A stretch of 64,000 nucleotides of DNA, taken from assembly GCA_028748975.1 (NCBI GenBank), contig JAQTPI010000001.1:64354-128353 (forward strand). Reading direction: 5' to 3'. The notes beneath the pieces are model-generated. The model worked only from the letters and a program-made list of their open reading frames with translations. It did no database searches and was not told the origin of the DNA. A program made the translations under genes and the position numbers. Positions 63,252 through 64,000 of the stretch are shown piece after piece (position 1 is the first letter of the stretch; each line of letters begins with the position of its first letter). The DNA is from Patescibacteria group bacterium (GTDB lineage: Bacteria > Patescibacteriota > Patescibacteriia > UBA2196).

Positions 63252-64000
63252 ATGGAAATAATCCCCATTGCCAAAAAAGTCGAATACCACGAAGTGGAAA
63301 AAAGCAAAGGACAAAAAGGTTCTTTCATCATTGAGCCCCTTTACCCGGGCTATGGTTTAACCGTGGGCAACGCCTTGCGCCGCGTGCTTTTATCGTCTCT
63401 CTCCGGCGCCGCCATTGTGGCCATCAAAATCAAAGGCGTGGATCATGAATTTTCCACCCTGGAATACGTCAAAGAAGATGTGGTTGATATTATCTTAAAT
63501 TTAAAACAAGTGCGGATTAAATTAGCGGACATTCCGACTGAGCCAATTAAAATAGTTTTGAATGCCAAGGGCGAAAAAGAAGTGACGGCCGGTGATTTTA
63601 GCAAAATGGCCGGCGTGGAAATTTTAAATCCGGATTTAAAAATTGTCACTTTAACCGACAAGGCCGCCAGTTTTGAACTGGAAGCTTATGTGGAATTTGG
63701 CCGCGGTTATGATCCGGTGGAAACCAGAGAGAAAAAAGATTATGAAGTGGGCGTGATGGCCATTGACGCGCTTTATAGTCCGGTTAAACGCGTTGGCTAT
63801 GAAATTGAAAATATGCGCGTGGGCGAAATGACCAACTGGGACAGAGTCACTTTAAATATTGAAACCGACGGTACCTCCGACTGCGAAGAGGTTTTTGCCA
63901 AAGCCGTCAGCATTTTGGTTGACCAGTTTTCCGCTTTAATGCCAGCGATGGAAGAAAAACCAGCAAAAGTAAAAAAAGGAAAAAAGGAAAAAGAGGAAAT
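63252..64000 (+). CDS. rpoA: DNA-directed RNA polymerase alpha subunit (partial, continues past the window end)
   Basis: Alpha-subunit N-terminal domain motifs. No stop codon before position 64000. Confidence 0.9.
   Translation, partial: MEIIPIAKKVEYHEVEKSKGQKGSFIIEPLYPGYGLTVGNALRRVLLSSLSGAAIVAIKIKGVDHEFSTLEYVKEDVVDIILNLKQVRIKLADIPTEPIKIVLNAKGEKEVTAGDFSKMAGVEILNPDLKIVTLTDKAASFELEAYVEFGRGYDPVETREKKDYEVGVMAIDALYSPVKRVGYEIENMRVGEMTNWDRVTLNIETDGTSDCEEVFAKAVSILVDQFSALMPAMEEKPAKVKKGKKEKEE

Noticed and set aside
1-64000. Alternative genetic code (UGA = Gly, as in some candidate phyla)
   Set aside because: Long conserved genes terminate at TGA with proper C-termini. An ATGA stop/start overlap uses TGA as the stop (30867-30870). 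Conserved ORFs translate intact with the standard table.
1-64000. tRNA or rRNA genes
   Set aside because: No T-loop (GGTTCGA / GTTCAAATC) or acceptor-stem patterns were found by eye in GC-rich intergenic stretches. All GC-rich islands are explained by the repeat families.

Overview
AT-rich (~40% GC) bacterial chromosomal segment that uses the standard genetic code with UGA as a stop (a 4-nt ATGA stop/start overlap at 30867-30870 supports this). The gene content and style fit a reduced-genome Patescibacteria/CPR-like organism: many near-consensus TTGACA-17-TATAAT promoters, short genes, terminal extensions on housekeeping proteins, and several small Cys-rich ORFs. Recognisable core genes are miaA, miaB, thrS, dnaE, an FtsW/RodA-family (SEDS) gene, rplY, a type IV pilin, a DUF3048 protein, prmC, prfA, rpmE, rpsB, tsf, a PSP1/RicT-like protein, gap, hrcA (behind a perfect CIRCE), grpE, dnaK, dnaJ, a CorA-like transporter, a large membrane P-loop ATPase, a PAP2 phosphatase, mraZ, rsmH, ftsL, ftsI, murF, alaS, a NUDIX hydrolase, infA, rpmJ, rpsM, rpsK, rpsD and the start of rpoA. 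No tRNA, rRNA or CRISPR was found. The most striking feature is the density of GC-rich palindromic miniature repeats in an AT-rich background. At least five families are present. Two sit in sense orientation immediately 3' of stop codons. One is built from helically phased ATTCG(C/T)A heptamers arranged as inverted arrays just upstream of start codons. Several copies are inserted in-frame inside miaA, prmC (twice) and alaS, as Rickettsia palindromic elements are in Rickettsia. The dcw cluster (mraZ-rsmH-ftsL-ftsI-murF) is followed, up to alaS, by a ~4.4-kb accessory island (51240-55690) of tiny peptides and small membrane or secreted proteins. Three successive genes in this island are each preceded by a near-identical ~57-96-bp direct repeat containing a 47-nt imperfect hairpin. 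This is the best candidate here for an undescribed cassette-like or cis-regulatory system. The hrcA-grpE-dnaK-dnaJ heat-shock locus is fragmented by inserted small ORFs, including a translationally coupled two-gene antisense pair.
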